A stretch of 64,000 bases of DNA from Catajapyx aquilonaris (Eukaryota), in assembly GCA_000934665.2 (NCBI GenBank), contig KZ538170.1, positions 1 to 64,000 on the forward strand, read 5' to 3'. Each line of letters starts with the position of its first letter. Within the stretch, counting starts at the first letter, position 1. Below the pieces are notes generated by a model, which had not been told where the DNA came from, did no database searches, and was given only the letters and a program-made list of their open reading frames with translations. A program made the position numbers and the translations under genes. Below, in pieces: positions 28,669-41,938 of the stretch.

Positions 28669-31090
28669 CTAGCCGGCTGAAAGTAGCTTCCGATTCCAGT
28701 AAGTCACCAGTAATTTGTTGCGCAATTAGTGATTGTTCACATACAGTTTTCCAGTCAGCTGATTTTCAACGTACATTGCTGAAAAATTACTCCGGATAAT
28801 GAGTAATTATTAGGACTAAAGTTGACCGTTTTTTTGGGGTCAATTTTAAACGCATGATCAGCTCTTACTTTAATGACTGCCAGTCAAATAAAGCCATTCA
28901 TTATGAAAATTGCAATTGTGCAGTTAACCTTCCATTTTTTTGCCCGAACAAAAAAGAGCACAAATTGACAGAGAAAATGTGGAATCCAACAAACCGAAAT
29001 ACGTATTGATTGAGCCTCAGCACTATTCAGCAATGTCACTTTGTGCGGCCCTTTATTAAATGTTGGAGCGGTAGATGACTAACAGGTATGTGGGTACTAT
29101 ATCGGTATGTGAGTGGAAAGGCCCAGTTTTGTTACGTGCCTAAGGGGCCTTTTTGACAACCGCCGCCAAAGCAGAACTACACAACTGTAACTCTGCAAAG
29201 TTAACGCATGTTTGTCCGTTCTATCAGTGAGGACACTGTAAACGCTTTGCAAACTGATTCGACCATGCCATGGGGCATACCACTGTGCTGGAGGATAGTG
29301 GTTTGCAATATGTCGACACATAGTACCATATATCTCTCCCCAGACAAACAGAGGCATAGACTCAATATGTAGCTCAAGTAATAAAATCAGCGAACGATCT
29401 GACTTGACTTACTGACACTAGTTAGTTCATTAATGTGTCCATATTAAGGAAAATGAGCTTCCTAATCACTCCAGAGTAGATTTTGACCTCTCATGTCCTG
29501 CTCAAAACCAGGGAATTTCCTATAGGGTTGACCAGTGCTGATTATCAAGTGATATAGCCCCCCCCAATGTAGAGAGAGCTGGAATTTGGACCGTTTCAGA
29601 CCCTACTCTCGCTAATTGGATCTTAATCTGCACCCATGGCAAACACAAATACAAACGAGGTCCCGAGAAGGAAATATTAACGGAAATCCAATATTGCTAA
29701 AAGCAAAAGGGGGGGGGGGGGNGAACCCCGTGAATCAACGGCGTTTGTTATCAAATGTGCCAGCAAAAGCGTGGGGCATGAATTAAACAATGAAAACGGA
29801 TACAATGTTGGTGCGTAAATTACCGGGCATATTATGTATGACACTCACTTAAAGGCAATAAAGTTTGCCGGCTATTAGTCTTTCCAGTGCAAAAGGGCAC
29901 GCGACTGCTGGATAAAAAGTTAGGTCCCCGAACTTTTGCTATATGAAGCTAAAGTTATATGAATCGTCGCGCACTATATTTATGATGTTTTGCATCAACA
30001 AAAATTATTATTATAGGAAAATTTCAGATTATGTTTTGCTAACAAAAGGAAAATGACTATACTTCTCTGGAAATCATGATGGCAAAGGATATTTCCTGAC
30101 AATATACTCCAGGATATTAAATCTGCAAAGTCAGCTCTATACTTACTATATACCGGCCCATAATAGAGCCTGGCAGTTAAACCGATTTCTCCACAACCGT
30201 GAAGCAGACCACCATAATGGAACGACTGACTTCAGTAATCCTTGAAAGACAAGGATCAGTCCCCGTAAGTAGATCACCTTAAGCTACTTATTGCCGGTCT
30301 ATTATTATGAAAGGCGTAGAGTCGGCAATAAACGCATCAAGCACCGATAAGACCCGGCCGTTTAATTAGCAAAGGGAATTGTTGCCAATGTACAGTGCGA
30401 TCCAACAAGAAACACTGCTTGTAATTAGTTTCAAACAATAGTAATGTACGACTATTACTCATTTTAAACCCTTATACGATCTCCTCTCCTTTTTTTATTC
30501 CAAGTCGATCCGGTAGCAAATGCAATCTTGTCACAATGACAGCGCCACCAGAATCCCATTATCTGCTGGGGAGGAAAAGAAGAGTGAGGTGCACGCTTTT
30601 GTGCAGATTGCCAGGCTTGCCTTGCTGGCCAAAGGATGAGGAACCTTTGGAGCTGAATAAGAAAGTCAGAGAGAGAGAGAGAGGAAGAGTCTTGCATATA
30701 TAGAGGACCTGAGGAGGAGGGACATTATTTTCAGGAGAAGATCCTCTGCAAACATTAGGACAAGAGAGGAGACAAGGAGTTATTCACTCAGGTTGTCAGT
30801 CAGGCTTATTTGTCATATTGATCGAAGGTTTGTTCTGGTGGAAGCGAATTTTTTTTTGAGGGAGGTGATTTTGACAGGGACATGTCGACAGAAGGGTTCT
30901 CTCATTATTCACGAAGGTTTTCTCAGGTTCGTCCACGTGCTAAAAACCGTTCCATATAATGTCTAATGGCATTGTCTTAGATTCCCCAATTAAACTAAAC
31001 CAGCTTGATATTATTTTGGATTATGATGATCCAGGACTATTTTTGAAAGTCAAATCTTTCATTATTTTTATATATATTTGTTAAGTATAA

Positions 31091-31495
31091 GATGGTCGAA
31101 CCTTTTCTTTGTGAAGGTGAAATAATATTTTCCTTCTTGAACACTACTAACAAAATTTGTCTGAAGGGCTAAGAGGGCTTTAGCCATTTCCATAGAGGTG
31201 AAATAAATATTTTTTTGCAGATAATTTTTTGTTTGAAATAATCTCCTGAGAGGCAGTATATTTTCTTGTCCGTGGTTTTTTTTGTAATTGTAATTATAGT
31301 AATTGTAAGTTTTTATATTTTTGTATAAGATTTGTTTCAGAAAGTAAAGATGGCGGAACCTTCTATATGTTTGATGGTGAAATAATTCTTCATTCCATAA
31401 CATTCTTAACAAAAATTGTCTGAAAGGCTTTTTCTTACTGTTAGAGACGGTGAATTTAATTATGTTTATAGAAAATCATGTTTGAAATATTCTCC
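31091..31495. repeat. Diverged direct duplication (~257-bp period)
   Basis: AGATGG..GAACCTT...GGTGAAATAAT...TAACAAAA.TTGTCTGAA.GGCT occurs at ~31091 and ~31348. Confidence 0.65.
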
Positions 31496-34400
31496 CAAGC
31501 TTCTCTTGCTCTTCGTTTTTGGTGACTTCTCTCAGAGAAAATTCCCATCAAGACTTGCTCCGTAAAAGGAAGCGGAACACAATTTCATCACTTCTTTTTC
31601 TCCTAATTGACCATAAATCAAACGCTTCTAACGTTAACAAGAAACTCGCTTCCGCGTCAAGATTAAGGATCGATATTCTTCTAATTAACCAGGAAATGAT
31701 GCGAAAACAATAAGCTTCCCTAGAGAGCAACATTTTTGCTCGCACATTTAAGGTTCATTTCCTTCCAAAAAAAAGGAAGCGGGGAAAACATTCGCATTTT
31801 AGCTAATTGCATTCAATGATTGAGGAGATGAAAAAGGGCGTGGCTTTTATACGAATGGCTATGCTTAAGTTTCTTCTTTTGAAGGCTTTTTTCAAACACG
31901 ACACTAAGCAGGGGAATGAAGTAAAAACCACCGTTCTTTTCTCTCTTTTTTTGAGCCAAAATTATCGAAGCATCTCTTAGGGAGGTTCTAGCCTCATCAG
32001 CATTTTCGCGAGAGGGCAAAAAAATGTTTTGCAGAATCTCCAAAAAAAATGAGACAAACTGTAATTTCCCGCAGGGTTTATGCATGTTGTTGCAAAAGAC
32101 CTTTCGCGGTGCGTTGCATTTGTCTTAACACACGTGGCAAAAATGGGAAAGTGGAGTCCCCAGATGTATAAAATTGCAAAGAGGTATTTTTTTTCGCTTG
32201 CGCAAAAAAAAGGAAGGCGTATTCAGTGCCTTAGAAAAGAATAGCGTGCACTGGCTTTAGTGTGTTAGGAGCCTCTTGTGGCCGTTCCAAGGGTTGAGAT
32301 ATGGCTTTGCGAGGAAACTGTGGTATCGATTGTTGTTCTGCACGCTTCAAGTGCTAGTCAAATATTATGTGCAGAACAAAACGACCGCCATATATATTGT
32401 AGGTAAGCAACAAAAAAAATCGTACGCACAACACTTATTTGAAGAAGGAAAAATCAACTTTCCAATAAAACTGGCTCTTCGTTTCATCTTATTCCAAGTT
32501 GCAATGTTCTTTGAGAGTATAAACGTTTAATTAATTAATTTCGCATACCTTTCAAAAGTTTCTGGTATGTTATAATGAGATTTGTGCTCCCAGTTTTAAA
32601 TTCAAATCGATTTCCCTCACCTCAGATTTTCCGTTCTGCTGGTCTTACATAGAAAATAATGCGTCTCAGAAAGTTGTACAGATTTTAACGAGATACTAGT
32701 TTTTCCTATATACATATTTTTTTTCTTGAAGAGTTTTAACTAGATATGTAAGTTGGATCGACCACCTTTTTAGGGAGGAATTCTCTTTGCCCAAAAATTA
32801 CTTTCAAGCCGCACAAAAATCACTCGTGCTGCTACTAGAAAATTAAAGACCGTAATTGGGACAAACCAAGATTTTATATATAGGGACTAAGAAATTATTA
32901 AAAAACCGTCAGCAGTGGGAGGCCTCTACGCTACTTTATATTCTATTAGAGAGGACCATCCGGAAAGATTAATCTTCCAGAGAAGGGACACATCCTTTTC
33001 CCACGATGAGATAAAGTTTTAATGAACGTTAATTAGCTCGCTTTTCCAATTTTGGATTCGGCTAGGCAAATATCTCACGGTGTAGAAAAATTCAAGGTTC
33101 GTTAGCAACATTTTTTTTTTTTTTTTTTTTTGCTTACTTGATCGTTGTAATATTAGAAAATGATATTGTGTATCTATAGTCGATGTTGCTTAATCAGGAA
33201 ACTGGATACTGCCAATCTATTTGGTGCAACACACACAAAAAGTAACGAGCGTGTCAATTTACGGGTGGTAATTAACGATTTCGATAAATCAATATTTGGG
33301 GCATATAAATTGATGAAACTTGAGGTTTAGCAAGAGAAGCCCGGAACGTTGTTATAGTCTCAATGGATTAATAGTGCTATAGACACTGTCTTCGAACTTA
33401 AACTGGCTACAGTTTACAGAAAAAGCAATTTTCTGGTAGCTAGAGTAAACAACTGGCCTTTCCCCTTGCTGGGCCATTTCACCACCCTTATGTGTATATA
33501 TTCCATGGAGCAACGATCCTAAATCATGAATGATGTAAGAATTTGTGCCGAATAGTGTTCCACTAAATTAAGCCCCCAAGGGCGATGTTACGTGCTGGGG
33601 TGAAATTTCTCTTTCTTTCTCGTTTTTTTCTCTTTCTCTTTCTCCAACCTCCCAGTCTCCCAATGTTAAAACGCAATAAGGTGGCTTCCAGTCCGTAAAT
33701 CCGAGCTATTTCTATCGCCAGCTTCGTCATTCTTACTTACCGACGCGTTTTGCAAGGAAATGTCCATGGCCATAAATTTCCATTTGGCCCACTTCCTTCC
33801 GCATTTACCTTCCATTATTCTCCAGGCGGCGCCACTAAAACGGTGACATTTTTTTTTGCCAGTTTCCGACTCTCACTTTTTTTTCCTTTCTTACACACTG
33901 CTTCAACTCTCAGTATCAAGACTGAAGACAAAATAATATGGGCGACATAAAAATTTGCAATCGTTCAAAAAAACAGCAGCGTCAGTCGCAAACCTTGGAC
34001 ACAGACTGAAACATTAATAATTATATTTAAAATTAACCAATAGTAAACCAAACTGTAACTCACATCACTATGCCATTATTTTGTTAGCACACGTTAAAAT
34101 GTGGGTAGATGGAAAATTCACATACTCTTTACCCTTATTATGTTGATCATAATTAACTGGTTGCCTTGAATAAGCATTTTATAAATTCTTCATTGTTGGG
34201 CTGTGGACTGTTTTTTTTCCCAAGCAGATTTTAACAATTTAACAACAATTTAACAAAGCTTTGGTTGGTCCTTAATGGGGGAAAAAATAATTTTTGCATG
34301 CCCGCCACGTTGTAGCTACTGCACATTGTACATTGTAGCAATCTTTATGGTCAGTACAGTAATTCGGCGTCTAATATACCCCACATACTAAAGAAGAAGA

Positions 34401-36508
34401 AAAAAACCGTATTGTTCTCTCACAAAGCTCGCTTGAAAAGTACTCAACTTTGCGAGACGTTTAAAATCGTCTTTGTGCCAAATTGTTTACGAGGTGGGGG
34501 GGCTTTAAAATATTCTGGAGCGAAGAATGGACGGAACGACTTCCTTACTGAATGTAAAGCTAGGTGTAAAACGCTGTGCTTAATAGTCCCGTTATTTCTG
34601 TACTGCCGCGAATAAAAGGCTGGAGGAAAACTGGAAAAGGCCACTACTTAAAATTCTTTATGCTTCGGTTTAATGGGGCAAGTGCGTCTCCTCTTCATAG
34701 CCCCGTAATGACGCCGGCTTTACAACTGGAAAAGTCTGTTTGAATATCGCTTTTGAGCCGGATAAAAAAAGTGCGCCATTTATTTTTTTTGTTTATTCTG
34801 TGACGCATGGCTAGGGCTAGACGAGTAGGCCTAGCCGACTAGGCCTAGATGACGAGAAGTCTGGAGCAGTATCTCCGCTCTCTGGTGCCCATCCGTCCAG
34901 AAGCTTGGGCTTATCGGCTTTGCTTCTCCAGCAACCATCGACAAGAGAAAGCCAGGCTCCGGGTTTATTCCGGAGACGCAACCTTTGTCGGATGCCAGGA
35001 TGCATCTATAGCTCACCCACCACGGGGCCATCTTGATGCTCGAATGATGATGAGACTAAAGAGCGTGCGTGGTTGCTTAGAAGGAGACGGATGTGCGGAA
35101 AAGGGTCTGGGTCCGGATGATAAGGTGTGTGTGGTCTCTTTGCTAATTGAGGGAGCTGACACATTTAATGCGGCGAATTCAGTCAACATTTTGGGGAGCA
35201 TGATCATCGTAACTTACACAACTTGGCAGGAAACTTTAGAGGTAAAAAATTGGTGCACTTACTCATCAAATACAGCCAGCATGTTGAGGAAATATGCCAG
35301 TCAGATGATCTTCTTGCCGTCTTCGTTGTGGAAATGAGGATATCCCCTGCACTCATTTTGCCTTGTCATTCGACACGAGGCCATTTTACCAACCTTTTTT
35401 TGTATACATATCGATACATTCAGCCGCTTCGGATTGAACAAGCAGGAATCAAATATATTGCTCAATTGTAACTTACTATATTTTTTACTAGTCACCACAA
35501 TAACTGACAAAGAGAGGACAGTGTACCTTATAACTGAAACCATAAAACGAGCGGTTTAACAACATATTTATTGAAGTATATCCGCGTCACTGTGCGAAAG
35601 ATCAAAAAAACCCCAAATAAACTAATGACCAGTGTGCCATGACATTGCAATGTCATGGCATACAGTGCAATTATCCCTGGCATTTGATAGGTATACATTA
35701 CTATGGCGATCGATCGTCTGTACGTGGGAGGAACAATGGTGCCCATTGTGGCGGAGAGGGATTATGAGCAATTTTCTAAATTGAACGTACGTATAACAAC
35801 TTATAATATTATAGGCAGGCTCTTTAAAGTGCATCATATCAACGCCTATCAACGCCAGAGCTTCACACTTCATTGTGGTGATTACGAAACAAGTTAATAA
35901 TTCCTCCCCTTTAAGGCGTTAACCTTGTGAGAGGCGACTGCAACTTCTGTTCCAACACTTGCTTCATATTTAATCAAATGCTAATATTTTCTAAAGCTTC
36001 CATGAACATGTACAGTATCATCTTGCTTGAGCTCTAGGCTGTAGACCTGTTGCGCTAAGTGCAAAGTTTTGCAATGTACTATGCTGTTTTCATAAGTGAA
36101 TGTGTCATTGCGTAACTTCCGTGAACAATGGTATATTACACAGTAATTCAGTGATATGACCAATAATGGCCAGGCATATGACAGTATAAAAAATATTGAT
36201 TAATCAGCACGATTATGACCATCTTCAGTAGTGTGTCTTACTTGTCAGTGCATCGCAAATGTACAATCATCTAATTTCTTAATAATCATCTGAAGATTGT
36301 TTCAATGCAATTTGTGAGTGTTACAGCTATTTTTGTGTTACATATCAGATTAGAAGTGTAATACTGGACTTTGAGTGGGACAAAATTGTTATTTACGATT
36401 AAACAGTGCAATAAAATACGTATGAGTTGTGCATGAAATACTTGATGAAATTGGATTATTCATGTTGCAAGTTTTGAGTATGAATGGATGAATTGACATG
36501 CAAATAAG

Positions 36509-38503
36509 TTACGGTAAAAATGGAAACAGTGGCTTTTTCATAAACAACGCCGTGAACATTACTTCAGAGAATAAAACAACTGTAGATGTGCACAATCCGA
36601 CCCACCACAAGACAAATGCTGCATTCAGTTCTTCCAAGGAGAAGGATTCGCTAGAACGCGCTTTAATTTCATCTTCTATGATTCTGGCACGTATTTTTGA
36701 CAAAAATGACAATTGCATGATAAACATCTCATCGGATTGCCACTTATTGCCAATTCCAGTTTCAAACAATGTTCTCCAGCTTTTTATTACGTCTGGGGCA
36801 TACACTTCACCTCGTCCGAATCCGGGACCAGAATAGAAGTTGAAGAATTTTATTGGCAGGTAATTCAGTTTACTTTTGCCATCATTATCTACAAACTCCA
36901 CTTCCATCAGTTTGTAAAACAGGCTTGATATTATACACGTGAAGTCTTCCTCCATCGCTTTTTGTAAGCATGTTCTTGGATGCTCCATCGTTTCCGTCTT
37001 GTTCATGACGTAAAGATATTGAGGAATCTCCACAAAAGGGAGCATAAGTTGTATTACGAAGTATTCAACCAATGACATACCCCATTTAAAATGAGACGAT
37101 ATCATCTCGCTTAAACTGGATGGAACCCAATCAGTAGGAGGATGGGCCAGAATTGAATCCAACTTGGCTTTGTAAGCACAACAAATGACAATGGAAAATA
37201 TCCAGAAGAACGCACAGAAGTTTCTGAACGACAACATTCGTGGCCCTGACACTGGTTGTTCAATCACAATTCTGTAGAGATGTATGAAGCACTGGAACAG
37301 TGTGTAAGTTTCTGTTTCATTCCCCATCGACGTGACAAAATACATTGCGATACTGGACAACACAAGAGTTATGCACAACAGCAGCCACGTTTCCCATGTG
37401 TAGGGATAAAACAAGACTTTCCAAGTGATCATTGCTCTCGGCTTTCGTGTCACAAGAGAGAAATCAGCGTAATAAGTTGGATAGCAGAGTTCAGCGTACT
37501 TAAAAGTGTCGGGTGTAAATAACACAATCAAAGAAAATCCTATTCTTCTATTTATGATGTCAGCCAAACTTCCTATCCAAGATCCGTTGGGAAGCATCTT
37601 ATCCAAATCCAGAACTTTCAAATCAGTTTGGTACAATTTGACCTTCAGGTTATAGTGATCCTCAAATGTTAATATTGCTCTCTCAGGTTGAGGAAGCTCA
37701 TATTCGCGTTTCCTTTTTAATTTTTCCCGGAGATCAGCACCTGTGTCATAATCACCCAAACTTCCTATGATTACAGTCCCACCGTGGTGATTTTTAGTCG
37801 TGTCAATGTAAGTCGAAAATGTCGAATTGTCATTCTTGAACGCCCCATGATGTACAACAGTAGGTTGTCCAGAATCACAATAAAAGCAATCTGTCCAAAG
37901 CTGAAGTGCTTGGTCACTCATGGAGTAAGCAGCCATCAGTTTGAATCTAATGCCTGAAGCTATGTCGGACAAAAGTGTTTTCTTCGGGTCAGTCTCTGGA
38001 GGCATCCAAAATAAGAACCGGTCGTACAGATTACGCAATTTGGACAACGAAGCGAGGTGAACCATCAGTTTCGGAATGGACTTGTGCGAGTCTGGTATCA
38101 GGATGTTAAACGCACAGGGTGATTCAGGCCTGATTTCACCACGGAGCTGAGGTGGAATTGTTGTGAATGAGAAGAGTTCCTTTTGCTTCACTAGTCCTGG
38201 ATAGTCTTCGTAGGAAAATGTGAAATGATGCATTGCAGTGCTTACTAGTGGACGATAACTGGCGTGTTGTCCTGTCCATATCCAGTCAATTCCAGCCTCG
38301 ATTCTCTTCTTCATGACTGCAATTACCATAGCGCAATGTGACGTGCTTTCTTCTTCAAACAGAGTTTCCAGAAGGGAAGTCATCAAAGTGTGCTCCATTT
38401 CACTCTCACATGATTTGATGGTGATGTTCTCTGCAGACACAGCGATCACGAAAAGTATCGCGCACCAGTGTAAAAGAGCTGCCATTTCGCTTCTTAGTGA
38501 CAT
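36509..38503 (-). CDS. G1: divergent ionotropic receptor (IR / variant iGluR), intronless, 664 aa
   Basis: Signal-peptide-like N-terminus; S1 motif LPNGSWIGSLADI; pre-M1/M1 LFYPYTWETWLLL; pore loop IVIEQP; M3 CCAYKAKLDSIL (SYTANLAAFL equivalent); M4 FSLEELNAAFVLW. Confidence 0.9.
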   Translation of the reverse strand: MSLRSEMAALLHWCAILFVIAVSAENITIKSCESEMEHTLMTSLLETLFEEESTSHCAMVIAVMKKRIEAGIDWIWTGQHASYRPLVSTAMHHFTFSYEDYPGLVKQKELFSFTTIPPQLRGEIRPESPCAFNILIPDSHKSIPKLMVHLASLSKLRNLYDRFLFWMPPETDPKKTLLSDIASGIRFKLMAAYSMSDQALQLWTDCFYCDSGQPTVVHHGAFKNDNSTFSTYIDTTKNHHGGTVIIGSLGDYDTGADLREKLKRKREYELPQPERAILTFEDHYNLKVKLYQTDLKVLDLDKMLPNGSWIGSLADIINRRIGFSLIVLFTPDTFKYAELCYPTYYADFSLVTRKPRAMITWKVLFYPYTWETWLLLCITLVLSSIAMYFVTSMGNETETYTLFQCFIHLYRIVIEQPVSGPRMLSFRNFCAFFWIFSIVICCAYKAKLDSILAHPPTDWVPSSLSEMISSHFKWGMSLVEYFVIQLMLPFVEIPQYLYVMNKTETMEHPRTCLQKAMEEDFTCIISSLFYKLMEVEFVDNDGKSKLNYLPIKFFNFYSGPGFGRGEVYAPDVIKSWRTLFETGIGNKWQSDEMFIMQLSFLSKIRARIIEDEIKARSSESFSLEELNAAFVLWWVGLCTSTVVLFSEVMFTALFMKKPLFPFLP

Positions 38504-39253
38504 TCAGTTTGTTTTGTTTCCCAAAAAAAACATCATTTTTGTCAAGGTCTTGCGATCGCTGTTGTCCATATAATTTACACTTCATTTTCTTGAGAGTCTT
38601 GACAATAACATAATAAAGAACTTCTCAATGGGATAGTCAATATTTCTAATAAGAAAACCATAGCGTCACATACCAACTGTCCAATCAAGCAAGCTTACGT
38701 GTTCAATATTTTATTACTCTGCATCCTGTATAATTTTCTCGCCTTTTTATGACTGTGCTAATGTGACATGTCGTGCAAAGGCCAATGTCAATAGGATTAC
38801 GTGACTAAAAGACAACATGCCCCAAACAATTATTTTGTCACACTGGAAATATTGGTTGGTGATGTAAAAAAAGTGATGCTTCTTACATACAAGAAGTGTG
38901 CAACATTAATGCCAAAGACAGGTATGATTATGTTATACTGTGCACAAACATTGATTTAGTACAATTAAGGTGAACTTACAATATTGGTCTGTGACATTCA
39001 ATCCTGTACAATCTCAGTCTACTTCATTTCAAGCACAAATGAACATAATATATGTAAAAATGTGCACATACCAACTTCACTGAATTCATAACCTGATATG
39101 AGTAATCATTATGTCAACTGATTGAATGAGAAATTGACGTTTATGTGTGCCTTACATTACTTGACATAAGAAAGCTGAAAATAGTGCTTGTTACGTATAA
39201 GCACAAAAAATGTGTACCAAGCGTACAATGGGTATTGATATATTGATCATTTA

Positions 39254-41158
39254 TCACAAAATACCTGCAAGATTTTCATGGTACATTAATCCTCGGAGAA
39301 ACATGAACCGCGTTGCAGAAGACATTACCACACATTCTATTAAACAAACAATGACTGCTACACCTTGCCCCACGTACAGCAAAAGAAACGCTGAATGCAA
39401 ATCCTCCTTTGAATAGACATCTTCATTCGCCTTGTCTATTTCTTCTCTCTCATTGAGCACTCGCAATTCGGGCAAATACGGCAACAGACGGATGTAATTA
39501 TCATCCGAAATCCACTTGAATATCACACCGGATTCAAACAATCTCTTGCTAGCTTCAATAACTCTTGGTGCGTACACTTCACCTCGACCGAATCCAACTC
39601 CTGCAAAATTCTGGTAAAAAGTGTCCGGATGAACCGCAACTTTGCTCTCACCCATGTTGTTCACAAACCAAAGTTTCTCTCTATCCGCAAATATGCTGCT
39701 TATTACGCACACAAAATCGGTGTGAAGTGTCCTCTCGATGCAAGCACGCCCATCTTTAATGAGCATTGACTTGTTATAGATCATTTGGTAATGAGGAATA
39801 TTGAGGTGCGGCACAGCATTTTGCATAAATATGTATTCGAGCAATGCCATTCCCCATTTGAACCCGGATTCGACCAATTCTTGGACACTTCCAGCCGGAA
39901 TATGCTCTTCAGAAGGTGATGTAATGAACGACACAAGTCTTGTCCTGTACCCGCAGCATATTACTAGAGCAAACACCCAAAATATGGCAACATGCAGTCT
40001 CAAAGGTGTAATTGAAGGCGTGTTCATCGGCTGCTCGATGAGAATGCGAAACACAATATTTAACGAGTGCAACAATGAGCTTTGGCTACGATGGTTCAAC
40101 ATCCTGTGTATTGTTAGGCCTGATAATAAAGCTGATATGAGCATCGCACACCACATGCTCCAGGTGAAAGGGTAGGTCAGAACCCGCCAGGTCATCACAG
40201 GTCGAGGCACTCGGGTCACCAGTAATTCGTGCCAATACACAGCAGGGTACGAGAGCTCCACTTTTTTCACCGAATATTCCAATGACATTGTTGTTATAGA
40301 CATGTTGACAGTGCCTGTTATTATAGCTTCAACACTACCTGTCCATGAACCGTTAGGAAGTTCGGCTCCAAGTATCGGAAGCTCTGTCAAATGTACCACA
40401 AGATTGGCATTCAACAGATTCTCAATCGTTTGTTTCATTCGGTATGAAAATGATGAATTTTTATGCTTCTTTGGTGTGCTGTCCATGTACAGGTAACTTC
40501 CAGCAATCAACACACGGCCATGTAAATCTCTGCTGTTATCCGGATACAAAACACTGGCGTCCACTCGACTTTTGGAGTGAAAAAGTCCAAGTTTGATCAC
40601 AATAGGCTGACCCAAATTGCAAAAGAAGCAAACAGTGGACAGTTCCAAAGCTTCCAGTTCTGGCATATAACTAGCCATCAACTTGAATCGAATTCCGGAC
40701 GAAATTGTGGACATCAAATGTTCAGGGTTCGTGTTAGGAAGCATCCATATTAAAAATCGGTCCTGCAAGTTTCGCAAATTGACGAATGTTGCCATGTGTA
40801 CAATCAGATCCGGAAGACTAGTGTTGTATCCAGGAATCACGACGTTAAAAGCGCATGAACCGGGCGAAAAATTGGAACGAATATCTGATGGCAAGTTGGT
40901 GAAGGAATATTCGTCGTAATTACGATGTGAACTTGATGTGATTGTTACTTGATAATTACTGGTCCGCCAATCAAACTCGCGTTGTTCAGTTGCGGCCACC
41001 ACTAAGGCACATTTGGACATATGAGGATCTTCAAGAATCTGGCTAATTAGTGAGTTAATCAGAGTTTGCTCCAGTGAGCTGCTGGACTGCGTGCCTTTCG
41101 AGATCCAATTAATTGCTAGAAGAGATACGTACCATTCCACACAAGCCTGGGATCTCAT
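39254..41158 (-). CDS. G2: divergent ionotropic receptor, intronless, 634 aa
   Basis: LPNGSWTGSVEAI; YPFTWSMW; RILIEQP; CCGYRTRLVSFIT; YSKEDLHSAFLLL; clearly paralogous to neighbours. Confidence 0.9.
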   Translation of the reverse strand: MRSQACVEWYVSLLAINWISKGTQSSSSLEQTLINSLISQILEDPHMSKCALVVAATEQREFDWRTSNYQVTITSSSHRNYDEYSFTNLPSDIRSNFSPGSCAFNVVIPGYNTSLPDLIVHMATFVNLRNLQDRFLIWMLPNTNPEHLMSTISSGIRFKLMASYMPELEALELSTVCFFCNLGQPIVIKLGLFHSKSRVDASVLYPDNSRDLHGRVLIAGSYLYMDSTPKKHKNSSFSYRMKQTIENLLNANLVVHLTELPILGAELPNGSWTGSVEAIITGTVNMSITTMSLEYSVKKVELSYPAVYWHELLVTRVPRPVMTWRVLTYPFTWSMWCAMLISALLSGLTIHRMLNHRSQSSLLHSLNIVFRILIEQPMNTPSITPLRLHVAIFWVFALVICCGYRTRLVSFITSPSEEHIPAGSVQELVESGFKWGMALLEYIFMQNAVPHLNIPHYQMIYNKSMLIKDGRACIERTLHTDFVCVISSIFADREKLWFVNNMGESKVAVHPDTFYQNFAGVGFGRGEVYAPRVIEASKRLFESGVIFKWISDDNYIRLLPYLPELRVLNEREEIDKANEDVYSKEDLHSAFLLLYVGQGVAVIVCLIECVVMSSATRFMFLRGLMYHENLAGIL

Positions 41159-41938
41159 ATTGCTTACGAGCCTTCAAGGATTGGACTGGTCTGAATTAAG
41201 TCACTTTTTTATTACATACCCTGCAGAATATTGCGAGACATATCTGTACTGAATAATGCGATTGATTCGATGCAAAATTCGGTCAAATAATGCATGTCGT
41301 TCATAACCTGAATTTTACTCGATTTTGCGACCATTTGCTCATTCTGGATATGCCAATATTTTTCTGGCCAGAGGAGGTGGCTATTAAGTGATGTGGGCGT
41401 CTCTGATGGTGACAAATGATGTCCAGTTCCATCAATTGATTTCCAATAAAATTACGTCTGTAAGTGGCCGGCAGCATGTGGTAATAGGTTTATGTAAGAC
41501 TCATTAGTGAGCCTTTTTAAATTTTTAAAAACTAAGTTATGTTTAGGAAATGTCTTTCAACACTGACTATTTCATACTGAAGCGGTCGTTTATTTTTTTT
41601 TTAATTTCGGGTGAATTTCCCTTGTTTACCAACCCACTTGCCAAAGTTCCCCGGGATTCATCCGTTATTCCTGAAAAGACATCATAGAGGAAATAATCTC
41701 TTTGATGTGCCACTTTTGCCCTCTCTTTTGGTGTTTGCAGAGGCGGGTTTCTTCTGATTGATCTTCGTCAATGTTAGAGACGACAAGTCCTATCGAAAGT
41801 TTCAATTTTGCTCATACACTTTGATAAAACCATACGTCGATGAATATATTTACCCTGTGCATATCATTACGTGATAACAAACTGTTACATTGTATGTAGT
41901 GTGCGGAAGCTGATGACTTCCTCAGTGACGGGTGAACA

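Noticed and set aside
1000..36400. Many 60-160 aa ORFs in the first half
   Set aside because: Low-complexity K/F/L-rich translations, often non-ATG starts, no recognisable domains; small real exons cannot be excluded without RNA data.
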